A DNA stretch of 64,000 nucleotides from Eledone cirrhosa. Lineage: Eukaryota. Under the pieces are notes generated by a model, which did not search any database, was not told where the DNA came from, and saw nothing but the letters and a program-made list of their open reading frames with translations. The stretch spans positions 202,368,001-202,432,000 of the forward strand of contig OZ024741.1 of NCBI GenBank assembly GCA_964016885.1. The letters are read 5' to 3'. Shown in pieces: positions 12,060-23,433 of this stretch. The number at the start of each line of letters is the position of its first letter. Position 1 is the stretch's first letter. The translations under genes and the position numbers were made by a program.

Positions 12060-14462
12060 TTAACTGTATACTTTGTGAAAAGTTCTATGGAATTTATGAA
12101 GGCAGATGGAAAACAAATCCGAGCGTCTATTTATTATGGATTCTAGGTTAGAGATAATGGTAAATTTTTCATTTAGGCAGAGATTACAGATTTTAGATAG
12201 AGAACTGTTCAAGTACGAGGATGCAGAAGAAATCTTTTTCCAAAAGATGTTATATTTAATGTTTTTGTCTTTTAAGGACCATATGAGTTCTGAGAGAGCA
12301 GTGTTAGTTCTTTTAAGTTTGTATTTGAAAGATGAATGATGATTATAGAGACGAGCTTTAAAAGAGGTGGAAGTGGAGCCAAAATAGGTGAAGGAGTTGG
12401 TGCTAGTTATAATTTTACATTCATAAATTAAGTTTTTATCGAGGCAATGGTTGTTGAGAGGACATTTATTTTTAATGCGGCAGTTGCAATTAGAGAGATT
12501 ATTAATGAGTGATCTAGTGTTATCTATAGAAGGAATTGGATTGGAGAAGTTGTTTGCGATAGGAATAATAGGAATAATAGTTTCTTGATTTAGAGTTGGA
12601 TTATGAACATTTAGCGAAGTTGTGTTTGACGTTGCATTTGGGTTTACAGAAGTTAGCCTAGGGTTTACAATGACGTCAGGAGTACTATTATTGTTATTAT
12701 GAGATTCAATATTGGAAGGAAGAGATTTAGTATTTAATATTTTGTTGTTGTGTTTAGAAATGATGTTGGAAATATTGGAGGATGTAGAATACGAAAATTT
12801 AATGGTGTGTTTGTTAAATATTTTACTATAGATATGTGAGGGAGGGAAGCATTTATTTAAGGCACTAAAAAATAATTTAGGAATATTGTTATTAATAGAG
12901 ATGGAGAAAGGAGCATTATACCAGATTATGTTTTTGTATCTAGGTCTTTTATTAAAATTATTGGAATGGTTATGATTAAATATTCTACTGTAAGTTTTCC
13001 TAGAATTTGTTTCTTTATTATATTTGATTTTATCTGGATAGCCAGCTTTAGAAAGTGCGTTATTATAGTAATTGGCGTTAGCATCAAAGATGTTTTTATT
13101 AGAAGATATGTTAGATATTCTATTTCCAATATTATTAACTATAGCATTCTTGATATTGGTAGGATGGTTAGATTTAAAGTTAACATAATTAAGATTCTCA
13201 TTGTTTTTATGGTAAGGGTAATATAGGCCAGTGTCAAGATTAAGAGATACATCCAAGAAATTAGCTAGTTTGGTACTATTATCAAATTCAATTTTTAGGT
13301 TATGTTGGTTAAAGAGATTACGTATATTGTTCTTAATAATATTAAGTTTAACTATATTGCAATTTAGGATAGTAAAGAGTCCATCGTCACGATAAATTCC
13401 ACCGCGAAGTTGAGGAATTTTCCGACTCAAAGAGTTCAAAATGAAGATACCAATTAAATCAGTCAATTGGGATGAATCGGATGCTCCCATTGTGATGTCG
13501 AAGTTGTTAGAGGTATCGGCTCTGGTCCAATATTCGTTGTTGAACTCTAGGATGGTTTTACGTGCGGTGAGGATGATGTGAAGTTCATCTGTGGTGATGT
13601 CAGAATATTTAAGTGCGAAAGATAGAGCATTATTGAGAAGTGAAGGCGAAATGGAGGAATAGTAGCTGGCAATATCGAATTGAATAAATTTTAGTTTGTT
13701 TTTATTATCCAATTTGTTGAACCAGCCAATCACTTCAGAAGTACCAAACCATAAATTTAGGTTTAAAGAAGAGCAATTAGAACTAACCTGTGGGATAATC
13801 CTATCCAAGATGGCTTTACTAACAACCCCCAGATCAGATTTAGAGGGGGCGATTAATCTAACAGGTAGTTCAGTGCGAAAATTGTTTTTGTGATCCTTGA
13901 GATTTATCCTCGGAGTTCTTGGGAGGAATGGTTCGGTCTTTTTTTCAATGCCAAGTTTTGACATAATCTCATAGGCTTCAAGGTTTATGCATTCTAAATT
14001 TTCATGGTTGGTTTTACGATACTTTTTCCTAAGTTCCTTTAGGATAAGGTTGTTATAATTATCCTTGGAAATACCATATAGGTTATTGGTTTTGTCAGAG
14101 TGGACTAAAACATTTTTTGAGGAATTTAGGTTAGAGATTGTGTTCTTGAGATTTACAAGGTGCTCTTGTCCTTTGTAAGGGTATCTCTTGAATTTAAGAT
14201 TTTTTATAATTTTAGTTAATTCTTCCTCGAATTGTGCTAGATTTTTGTTGGAAGGAGGATTTCGTCTGGAATTAAAAAGATGATCGAGGAAGTTGTGTTC
14301 TTTGGTATGAAAGTTCCCTTTTAGGCGCTGGTCATAGAAATAGGCTGTCCATCTAAGTCTTCTTACGAAGGAGTCAGTTTTTTCAATAAGAAGTTTGGTG
14401 AATTCAGATTTACCAGGTATAGGAATGTCTTTAGTAGAATTGGTTATGTTGTAATAATCCAT
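12060..14462 (-). CDS. Intact ORF of Penelope-like element: RT plus C-terminal GIY-YIG endonuclease
   Basis: FDIASYY, ITMGA and YRDD RT motifs; YVNFKSNHP thumb; CNCRxKxxCPLxxxC linker; LIY...YFG...FKAR...H endonuclease; CNLC...EK...NRRSD. First ATG at 14462; the frame is open back to 14522. Confidence 0.93.
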   Translation of the reverse strand: MDYYNITNSTKDIPIPGKSEFTKLLIEKTDSFVRRLRWTAYFYDQRLKGNFHTKEHNFLDHLFNSRRNPPSNKNLAQFEEELTKIIKNLKFKRYPYKGQEHLVNLKNTISNLNSSKNVLVHSDKTNNLYGISKDNYNNLILKELRKKYRKTNHENLECINLEAYEIMSKLGIEKKTEPFLPRTPRINLKDHKNNFRTELPVRLIAPSKSDLGVVSKAILDRIIPQVSSNCSSLNLNLWFGTSEVIGWFNKLDNKNKLKFIQFDIASYYSSISPSLLNNALSFALKYSDITTDELHIILTARKTILEFNNEYWTRADTSNNFDITMGASDSSQLTDLIGIFILNSLSRKIPQLRGGIYRDDGLFTILNCNIVKLNIIKNNIRNLFNQHNLKIEFDNSTKLANFLDVSLNLDTGLYYPYHKNNENLNYVNFKSNHPTNIKNAIVNNIGNRISNISSNKNIFDANANYYNNALSKAGYPDKIKYNKETNSRKTYSRIFNHNHSNNFNKRPRYKNIIWYNAPFSISINNNIPKLFFSALNKCFPPSHIYSKIFNKHTIKFSYSTSSNISNIISKHNNKILNTKSLPSNIESHNNNNSTPDVIVNPRLTSVNPNATSNTTSLNVHNPTLNQETIIPIIPIANNFSNPIPSIDNTRSLINNLSNCNCRIKNKCPLNNHCLDKNLIYECKIITSTNSFTYFGSTSTSFKARLYNHHSSFKYKLKRTNTALSELIWSLKDKNIKYNIFWKKISSASSYLNSSLSKICNLCLNEKFTIISNLESIINRRSDLFSICLHKFHRTFHKVYS

Positions 14463-14668
14463 GTTGTAGAAGAAGAGGTGAAGGACCATCAAAAGGTATC
14501 CAATATGAGAGTAAGCGCTCAACCGTTAAGGAGCAAGTAAATGTAGGAGGTGAGTTTTATTGTAGTACAATAAAGCAATGCAGATATCGGATAAGAAGCA
14601 CTCTACAGTTTGTGGGACTGGAGTATGCATAATATAAGATCAAAAGATGGTTAAAGGAGTTCAATATA

Positions 14669-14735
14669 TTTTATTATGCGCATTTCAAAAACAAACATCA
14701 TCAAACAATAATATTTGTGTTTTCATCAGATAAAA
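14669..14735 (-). ncRNA. Type I hammerhead ribozyme, PLE pLTR copy 2
   Basis: Same sequence as copy 1, upstream of the PLE ORF. Confidence 0.85.
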
Positions 14736-16463
14736 CAGGAGAACATGATATGAAGGCTAAAAAAACACTTGTTGATAGTGCAGTTTTAAATCAACATATG
14801 AAAAGTGGTTTTAGATTGATGTGTGATATTGGGAAAAATATATTATTTAGAGAGGGGGGGAGAGAAAAGGATGAAAAGGGAAGGAGATGAGAGGGAGAGA
14901 TGGGTGATAGAGAGAAAGAGATAGTTTTTATAACAGAGAGGAGATATATTTTATATAGAGGGGTTGAAAACCGTTGGAAGATACTGTATAAATTAAAAAT
15001 TTTGAAAATTAACGAAGGGAGGATATGTGCGAGGAAAAGATTTCTTCTGCATCCTCGTACTTGAACAGTTCTCTATCTAAAATCTGTAATCTCTGCCTAA
15101 ATGAAAAATTTACCATTATCTCTAACCTAGAATCCATAATAAATAGACGCTCGGATTTGTTTTCCATCTGCCTTCATAAATTCCATAGAACTTTTCACAA
15201 AGTATACAGTTAATATTCAATTCTTTATCAATTTAGAATCTTTTCTCAAAGGCACATATACATACACCTCTTTAAAATATACCCATCTACCTTACTTTAA
15301 AGGGCATTATACACTCTATAGTACTCGTTTATTCATTTACCTCATCCTATCTTCTCGTAAAACAATAACATTTGTTTTTGACATTTTGAATATTCATCCG
15401 CAATCATTATTATTTTTTTTTTTTTTTTTTTCCCTCTATCATAAATCTTTTTAATCTCAATTTCATCCTTAATTTATTATTATATATATTTTTTTTTTTT
15501 TTAATATATACTCATATATTCTTTAAAATATACCCATCTACCTTACTTTAAAGGGCATTATACACTCTATAATACCCGTTTACTCATCACCCTCATTATA
15601 TCTCTTCGTAAAACAATAACATTTGTTTTTGACATTTTGAGTATTCATCCGCAATCATTATTATTTTTTCTCTCTATCATAAATCTTTTTAATCTCAATT
15701 TCATCCTTAATTTATTATTATTATTTTTTTCTCCCCATCAACGAACTCATTATTAATACATATGAATTCAATATAAAAACTTTAACTTCACATTATTTTT
15801 CTCAAAACCTATACATAAACATTTTCTCTTTGCTAATTTTAAGATTCCTACATTTCTCCTTTTGAATATTCACCCACAATTATTTTTTTCTCTCTATCTC
15901 CATACATAATCTCCCTTCGTTATTTTTTTCTCTCTATCTCCATACATAATTTCCCTTCGTTAATTTTCAAATTCCTTTAATTTATACATTATCTTCCAAC
16001 GGTTCCCAACCTCTCTATATTAAAACATTATATCTTTTTCTCAGTTATAAAAACTATCTCTTTCTCTCTATCACCCATCTATCCCTTTCCACCTTCACTC
16101 TCATCTCCTCCCCTTTTTTTCATCCTTTCCACCCCCACCCCTCCCTAAATATAATATATTTTTTCCTCGCACATATCCTCCCTTCGTTAATTTTCAAAAT
16201 TTTTAATTTATACAGTATCTTCCAACGGTTTTCAACCCCTCTATATAAAATATATCTCCTCTCTGTTATAAAAACTATCTCTTTCTCTCTATCACCCATC
16301 TCTCCCTCTCATCTCCTTCCCTTTTCATCCTTTTCTCTCCCCCCCTCTCTAAATAATATATTTTTCCCAATATCACACATCAATCTAAAACCACTTTTCA
16401 TATGTTGATTTAAAACTGCACTATCAACAAGTGTTTTTTTAGCCTTCATATCATGTTCTCCTG

Positions 16464-16530
16464 TTTTATCTGATGAAAACACAAATATTATTGTTTGATG
16501 ATGTTTGTTTTTGAAATGCGCATAATAAAA
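16464..16530 (+). ncRNA. Type I hammerhead ribozyme, inverted pLTR copy 3
   Basis: ttttat ctgatga aaacacaaatattatt gttt gatgatgtttgttttt gaaa tgcgca ta ataaaa read directly on the + strand. Confidence 0.85.
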
Positions 16531-16562
16531 TATATTGAACTCCTTTAACCATCTTTTGATCT

Positions 16563-16601
<39 letters not shown>

Positions 16602-16714
16602 TTGTTTGTATATACTTCAGTCTCAGGAAATCTAATAAACATCTTCCATTGGTCCTTCAACAGCACCAACACATAAACAATACATAATTCGATGCATTTG
16701 TTTTGCCTCTACTT

Positions 16715-19700
16715 ATCATCATCATCATCATCATCATCGTTTAACGTCCATCTTCCACGCTTGCATGGGTTTGGACGGGAATTTTCCCACTTGAAGCAAG
16801 ATTTGTTGGACTGTCTGGCGGGTTTTCTACGGCTGGATGCCCTTCCTAACACCAACCACGTTTACAGTGTGGACTGGGAGGTTTTTACCGTGTTACCTAC
16901 ACGGCCACATTACAGCGTGGACTGTGTGTTTTTTGCCGTGACACCTACACGACCTCATTTATTTCGGACTGGATGTTGTGGCACCAACATAACTTTACAT
17001 CGAAAGGGGTGGTGTGGATGGGGCAGGGGTAGTGGGATGGAGGGTGTATTTTTGTTAAGAGGTACCTACTGACTGTAGGTTTCGCTTTGTACTTAGGCAA
17101 GGCGGGTCTTCTGTATTACTGTGTAGCGCCAAAGATCTCAGTCCAGTGACATTGTCTTGGAGAGGTGTAAGTGTGTGAGGTCGGAATTTATCACGTCGTC
17201 CCAGGTTTTTCTGGGTCTGCCTACTTCATGGCTACCGTCTATTTTTATCGCCCTGCACTTTTTTATACAGCTGTCGTCTTTCATGCGCATCACGTGACCA
17301 TAGCAACATAGTCTTCTCTCGAATAAACAACATCTGATCCCTCTTATTCCTAATTTCTCCCTTAGTTTATTTATGCTTTGCTGTTCACGTATATTACTAT
17401 TACACATCCAACGGAGCATGCAAGCTTCGTTCCTCTCCAGTCTGCGTATATCCTCTGCACACAATACCCAAGTCTCACTGCCATGTAACAAGGGTGGGAC
17501 AGGTCTTATTCAGCACAGCATCTCTCCACTCGTCACAGTCCCTCGTCATCTCCACTGTGAGCTTCAATGATCTGAGGTCTGTTCTCACCACCTCCGCCCA
17601 TGTTTTTCGTGGTCTACCTCTACCACGTCTTCCTTCAACTGGCAATTCCTGGCACTTCTTCACCCATCGGTCATCCTCCATGCGCATCACATGTCCATAC
17701 CACCTCAGTCTCCTCTCCCGTACACTACATTCTATCCCTCTCAGACACAGTTTCTCTCTCAACACATTTATGCTGGGTCGTTCACGCACATTTACACTGC
17801 ACATCCAACGGAGCATGCTTGCCTCATTTCTCTCCAGCCGTCGCATATCCTCTGCAGTTGCTGCCCATGTCTCACTATCATGCAGCATCGCGCTCCTCAC
17901 ACAGGCATCATACAACCGGCCTTTCGTACGCAGGGAGAAACCCTTCTTCGTCAACAGAGGAAGCAGCTCCCTAAACTTCTTCCAACCCGTCCTTATTCTA
18001 GATACTATGGCCTCGGAACACCCTCCTCCCATGCTAATCTGATCTCCTAGGTACCGGAAGCTATCCACCACTTCTATAGCGCCCTCTTGCATTTGAAAAA
18101 TGTGTCTATCAGTGCGACTTCTACTGTCTAATTTCCCTGTACATCTACTGCATACATATTTCTCCCTACCTGTTAGTTTGCCTGCTATCCCGCTACATCT
18201 CTTGTGTACTCAGGATCTGCATTGTGTGCATTTTATAGAATTTATGCCAGTTCCTTTTCTGCATATCGAACATGGCCATTTCCCTGACGGAATCAGGGTT
18301 TTGTCCTCTTTTCTACTCATCAACACTTTTGTCTTAGCTAGATTCACTCTCAGTCCTCTTGCTTCCAACTGCTGTTTCCATAGCCAGAATTTATTCTCTA
18401 GCTCCTCTACTGATTCTGCTATAAGAACCAGATCGTCAGCATAGAGAAGTTCCCATGGACAGCCAGTCTTAAACTCCTCTGTTATGGCTTGGAGGACTAT
18501 AATGAACAAGAGCGGGCTGAGGACCGAACCCTGATGTACTCCTACTTGTATCTGGAATTCCTCACTAAACTCCATTCCTACCCTGACTTTACTGAGAGTA
18601 CCTCTGTACAAAGTTTGCACTGTCCTCACAAGCCATTCCTCAACACCTAGCTTCCTTAGGGACCACCAGATGACAGATCGGGGTACCCTATCAAAGGCCT
18701 TCTCTAGGTCAACAAAGGCTAAGTATAGTGGCTTATTCTTCTCTAAGAACCTCTCTTGCAATTGTCTCACCAAGAAGAGGGCATCTGTTGTACTCTTCCC
18801 AGGCACAAAACCAAACTGCATCTCATCTAGTTTGACCCTTTCTCTAATTAGTTGTGCTAAAATCCTTTCTGCCACTTTCATAACCTGATCTATCAGTTTT
18901 ATACCCCTATAATTGCTCCTCTCCAAAGCATCCCCTTTACCTTTGTAGCAATTTATGAGAATACTGCTGCACCAGTCTTTGGGTATGACACCACCATATA
19001 TAGCCTGATTGATGATGCGTGCAACCAGTTTAGTGCCTACGTCCCCTGATGCCTTCAGCATCTCAGCAACTATTCCCGATGGTCCGGCAGCCTTACCATT
19101 TTTCATTTCCCTAATCGCCTCTTGGACCCTATATTCGTCAATCTCAATAGCTGGTCCCTCTGTCGGATCTACCAAGGGTAATTTCTCTCTCTCCCATTCG
19201 TTCTCCACATTCATCAGTCTCTCATAATGACATTTCCTGGCCTCCTTTTTCTGATCATTCGTGACACTAAGTACACCGGCATCATCCCGGACACATTTAT
19301 CTCCAACAACATCCTGATTTGCATTGACACACTGCCTTGCAATGTGGAACACCGCACGCCTCTGATCTTCCCATCGCAGAACATTGGCAAACCTCCTGCT
19401 CTCTGCCTCCCTGCGTGCTAAATACACCTGACGTCTAGCTTCTCTCTTAGTGGCTGTATATTCTTTCCTACTCCCACCCTTTTTCCAAGCCTTCCATGCT
19501 AGTCTTTTGTCTCTAATAGCCTTATCTACTGTGCTGTTCCACCACCAGGTCACTCTCTGTCTGGTTGGAGCTCTGCTCCAGCCACAGGTTTCATCAGTAG
19601 TCTGCAGCAAGTTGTCACGTAAGAAATTCCAGTTATTATCTATGTCATACGTCTCTAAATCGTCTTCTTTTTCGTCATATACATCTTGAAGGACTTTCCT

Positions 19701-20930
19701 AAATTTGTATTTTAGTGAAAGGTCTTTTAGCTTCCAGACCTTTCTTCTCCACACCTTCCTGTCTCATTCCATCTCTTGCTTACTGAGATATCACTAACAA
19801 CTAACCTATGCTGTGGGGTACATTCTTCCCCAGGGTATGCCTTCGTATTAGACACTATCTGCCTGTCCCGCTGCCTAACTAGCAAGAAGTCAATCTGGCT
19901 TATGTGCTCACCAGATTTGTAGGTTATTAGGTGATTGGCAGGTTTCTGGAAGTTTGTGTTGCAAATAGTCAATGTACTTGCATCACAAAATTCAAGAAGT
20001 CTCACTCCTTCTTCATTTCTTGAACCGTAACCGTGCCCACCATGTACCCCAGTGTAACCATCCTGGAGCTGTCCAACATGACCATTGAAGTCTCCTGCTA
20101 GCATAACGATGTCTCTGTCCTCTGTCATTGCGGTTGTTTGCAAAAGTTGCTCATAAAAGCAGTCTTTCTCATCTTTGCCTAGGCCTGCTTGGGGAGCATA
20201 GACCATATAAAATCTATATTCTTAGTTAGCTTACCTGTGATCCCACTACATCTTTTATGTACCCATACTTTGCATTTGGGACATAAAATGGAGTTTCTGC
20301 CTACACCTTTCCTACACACTGAGCATGGCCATTTCCCAGATGGGACCAGTGCCCTATTTTCTTTTCTACAAACTAGAACTTTAGTCTTAGACAGGTTAAT
20401 TTTAAGGCCTTTTGATTCTAGGCCGTGCTTCCATGTTTGGAATTTCTTCTCTAGCTCGGCCATTGATTCAGCTATGAGTGTTAGATCATCTGCGTATAGG
20501 AGTTCCCATGGGCAGCCGGTCTTGAACTCCTCTGTTATAGCCTGAAGGGCAATAATAAATAGTAGGGGCTAAGGACGGAGTCCTGATGAACACCAACTTT
20601 TACGCTAAACTCTTCACTATATTCGTTGTTAATTCTAACCTTGCTGACTGTTTCTTTATACATGGCTTGTATAGCTCTCACAAGCCATTCATTAACACCT
20701 AGTTTTCTAAGAGCCCACCAGATAATGGAGCAGGGGGACTCTGTCAAAGGCTTTCTCCATGTCAACAAAAGCTAAGTATAGGGGTTTACTTTATGCTAGG
20801 TACTTCTCCTGTAGTTGTCGTACAATGAAAAGAGTGTCTGTGGTACTTTTACCTGACACAAACCCGAACTGCATTTCATCTAGATCAATTCGCTCTCTGA
20901 TTAGTTGCGCTATTACTTTTTCTGTGACCT
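16715..20930 (-). mobile_element. Composite RTE LINE: subfamily A 3' end (16715-17490), subfamily B body (17490-20204), subfamily A RT segment (20204-20930)
   Basis: ORFs 17138-17491, 17475-18092, 18210-19754, 19727-20206, 20179-20463. The two sequence types match 25005-28274 (A) and 43330-45200 (B). Confidence 0.88.
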
Positions 20931-21614
20931 TTATTCATCATTCCTAATTTCTTTCATCTCCAAACCCCACACTAAATACTTCTTTATTACTTCTTATTCA
21001 GAACCATAGTGTTTGGGAATTTGGTATCTACCTATATTCAGCTTACAGACATTCAAACTTAACATTAACTGTCTTTACATTTATAGCTTGACTGTGCTTG
21101 CACATATAAGTAAATATATACATATAAGTAAATATATATTATCATCTTCCTTTAGCTGAGTAATAATTAAAAAAATAAACTTTCAGTAATAAAATAAGCC
21201 ATTTTAGTCATGTAATGATATAAGCCATTTTAGTCATGTTATTTTAAAAACGTGATTGCTAGAAATAGGAAACTGTGAACATAGTTTATCTCTATAATGA
21301 AAGGAAACTCTTGAAACACTTGTAACAAGTATCTCACATTGTTATGTTCATTGCTCAGCAGTGACATAAATGTAAATTCATAAGCTTGCCGTGGCAAACA
21401 ACTATACAACATCCTAGACAGGATGACAGCATTATCATCTTTCAGACCACTCAACTGGTGTACTAGCCTATTCATCTGTCCAGATAGGCTAGCATTAATA
21501 GACATGCCAATGTTATCATCTATCTAACCAGTTAGCTAGTACATCTCATTTGTCACCAGCTGTACTTATGCCATCACCTTTCAGATCAATCAGTGACTTA
21601 GAGCTGATGTTATA

Positions 21615-21854
21615 TTAACCTTTTTGTTACTGTATTTCTAATGAAATACTCTCTATTTTAATTAATTAATGAAGAATTTGGCAAGGATTTGCTAAAATTA
21701 TAATTTCATTAAAATGGTATTTGTAACATTACTAAATAACTTAGTATAACATTATGTTAGTAGGTTTTAATTTAAACAGGGACCCTTTAAAATTAATGGT
21801 TTTGTTTCATAGAAACAGAGGCAGTTTGGGGCAGGTTTGTATCAAAAAGATTAA
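21615..21854. mobile_element. Older TTAA-flanked MITE family, with related copies at about 34240-34686 and 41900-42070
   Basis: ttaaccttttttgttac...gtatcaaaaagattaa ends and shared internal sequence among the copies. Confidence 0.5.
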
Positions 21855-22897
21855 TGTAGGTTGCTGTTAAAAAGGGCTGTGATAGAGGAGTTTACTAATA
21901 AGAATTATAGAGAGTAATTATCATGTTATAAAGTTGTTGGCATTAGGAAGGCCATCCAGCCGTAGAAAGCAAGCCAAAACAAAGTGTATGGACAGGACCT
22001 AGTCACTTGATCAGTCTGGCTTCAGCAAGTGACTGCTATCTAACCGATGCAAGTAGGGAAAATAGATGTTAAGCAGTGATGATGATGATATCAGGCATGC
22101 GACCTTACTCAAAATGGCAAGATCAGTTGAAACAGCCCTGAAATGCAGAAGCATGTCACCTGAAAACACAGCATATCTGCTAGTAGTCACAATGTTTCTA
22201 GCAATTAGTCAGGTTTAAAATGTCACTATAGTTCCCTGATTACATCAGGAATTACAAGTCCATACATGCATATAAAGAATGCAAATATTATCTTGTAATT
22301 TTGTTTATCATGGATTAAATTTAGAAGCTGTCTCTATATTCTTTCAAAAATTGGTAGGATTATTTCTTCTGTTGCTTAGTTTTTGCCTTATTTGTATATC
22401 CAAACATACACACATATTGACTTACCGAGCAGTAAAGAATGTGGTTGGTAATAGGAAGGGCATCCAGCCATAGATGGCTTGCCAAACAGAGGGCCAAGAG
22501 GACTCTTCAGTTGTGTCGATGACATGACAACCTCCCTAATGTTGGTGATCTACAAAATAAGCACACCCAGTACACTCTGTAAAGTGGTTGGTGATAGGAA
22601 AAAGTTTGCCAAACAAAGAGCTGAGTGAAATCTTCAGCTGTGTCAAAGGCATACCAATCTTCCTAATGTTGTGCCAAAATAAAATTCACTTAGTAGAGTG
22701 TGGTAATGTGTATATGTGAAATTTAGGCTCCCAGCCCATCTGAGAGGTTTGTAGCTTCACTTGAATACTGACTTGGTCAGTGAAGACTCATCCAACACTT
22801 GTTAGCTATGAAGAATGATGTGAAGCCAACAGTGATGGTGGCAGCACATCAATGAGGCTCTCTCCTTAATCATATTTTTCTCTCATCATTTTTACAG

Positions 22898-23088
22898 AAA
22901 TAAAGGTCAATGCTGCTGGCCAGTGGAAAAGTCAAATGGTAATCAGTTACAGCTATCCATTGCATCACATCACAGTAAATTTCACAAAAGCTCCAGACAA
23001 ATATAATTTCGAATACTATATCATTTCTCTTAATGAAATGAATTCCAAAAAATTTATTAAATCCCAAAAAATAAATAAATTTGCAGAG
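22898..23088 (+). CDS. IL-17 receptor-like gene exon (QWKSQ...ITVNFTKAPDKYNFEYYIISL...FAE)
   Basis: tttacag acceptor, GTGAGT donor, phase 1 to 0, matching the flanking exons. W...VxFxxAPxxYxFxxYxI is an FNIII-like pattern. Confidence 0.85.
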
Positions 23089-23385
23089 GTGAGTTACATT
23101 TTAATTTACTTTAAATTATTTCAAGTTCTAATGATCTAAGTCTACAAAAATCTTTGCAAAACATTTGCTATTTGTATAGTTGCCTACTAATTAATTGATC
23201 TTTCTTCAGGATGTAGGATATTTTTGAAAGACAAAGTAAACCAGTTTGATCTTATTTGAATTTATCGGAGAAATTTTTATGCTATCTCCTCATGAAGACA
23301 CAATTTGTTGTTTGTTAAATTACTGTTTTTGTTTATTATTCTTTGTTAAATTAATCTCATAAAACTTTACACTTTTGTTTTCTAG

Positions 23386-23433
23386 CCATTTGTTACTTTC
23401 AAAGCTGATTTTTCTGGAAAATACACTGTAACG
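23386..23433 (+). CDS. IL-17 receptor-like gene, 48-nt exon (PFVTFKADFSGKYTVT)
   Basis: tttctag acceptor, GTAAAA donor, symmetric phase 0. GxYxVx is an FNIII F-strand motif continuing into LQP of the next exon. Confidence 0.7.

Larger units (their letters stand above)
10625..16570 (-). mobile_element. Penelope-like retroelement with direct and inverted pseudo-LTRs
   Basis: 14538-15037 directly repeats 10625-11124. 15033-16570 is an inverted copy of about 10715-12239 (ORF end + 3' UTR). Both outer ends abut (TA)n. Confidence 0.92.

Noticed and set aside
12060-14522. Selenocysteine-recoded or N-terminal-endonuclease (Naiad/Chlamys-type) PLE
   Set aside because: No in-frame TGA, the ORF ends in TAA, and the GIY-YIG is C-terminal.
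15025-15213. Independent 62-aa gene
   Set aside because: It is the inverted duplicate of the PLE ORF C-terminus.
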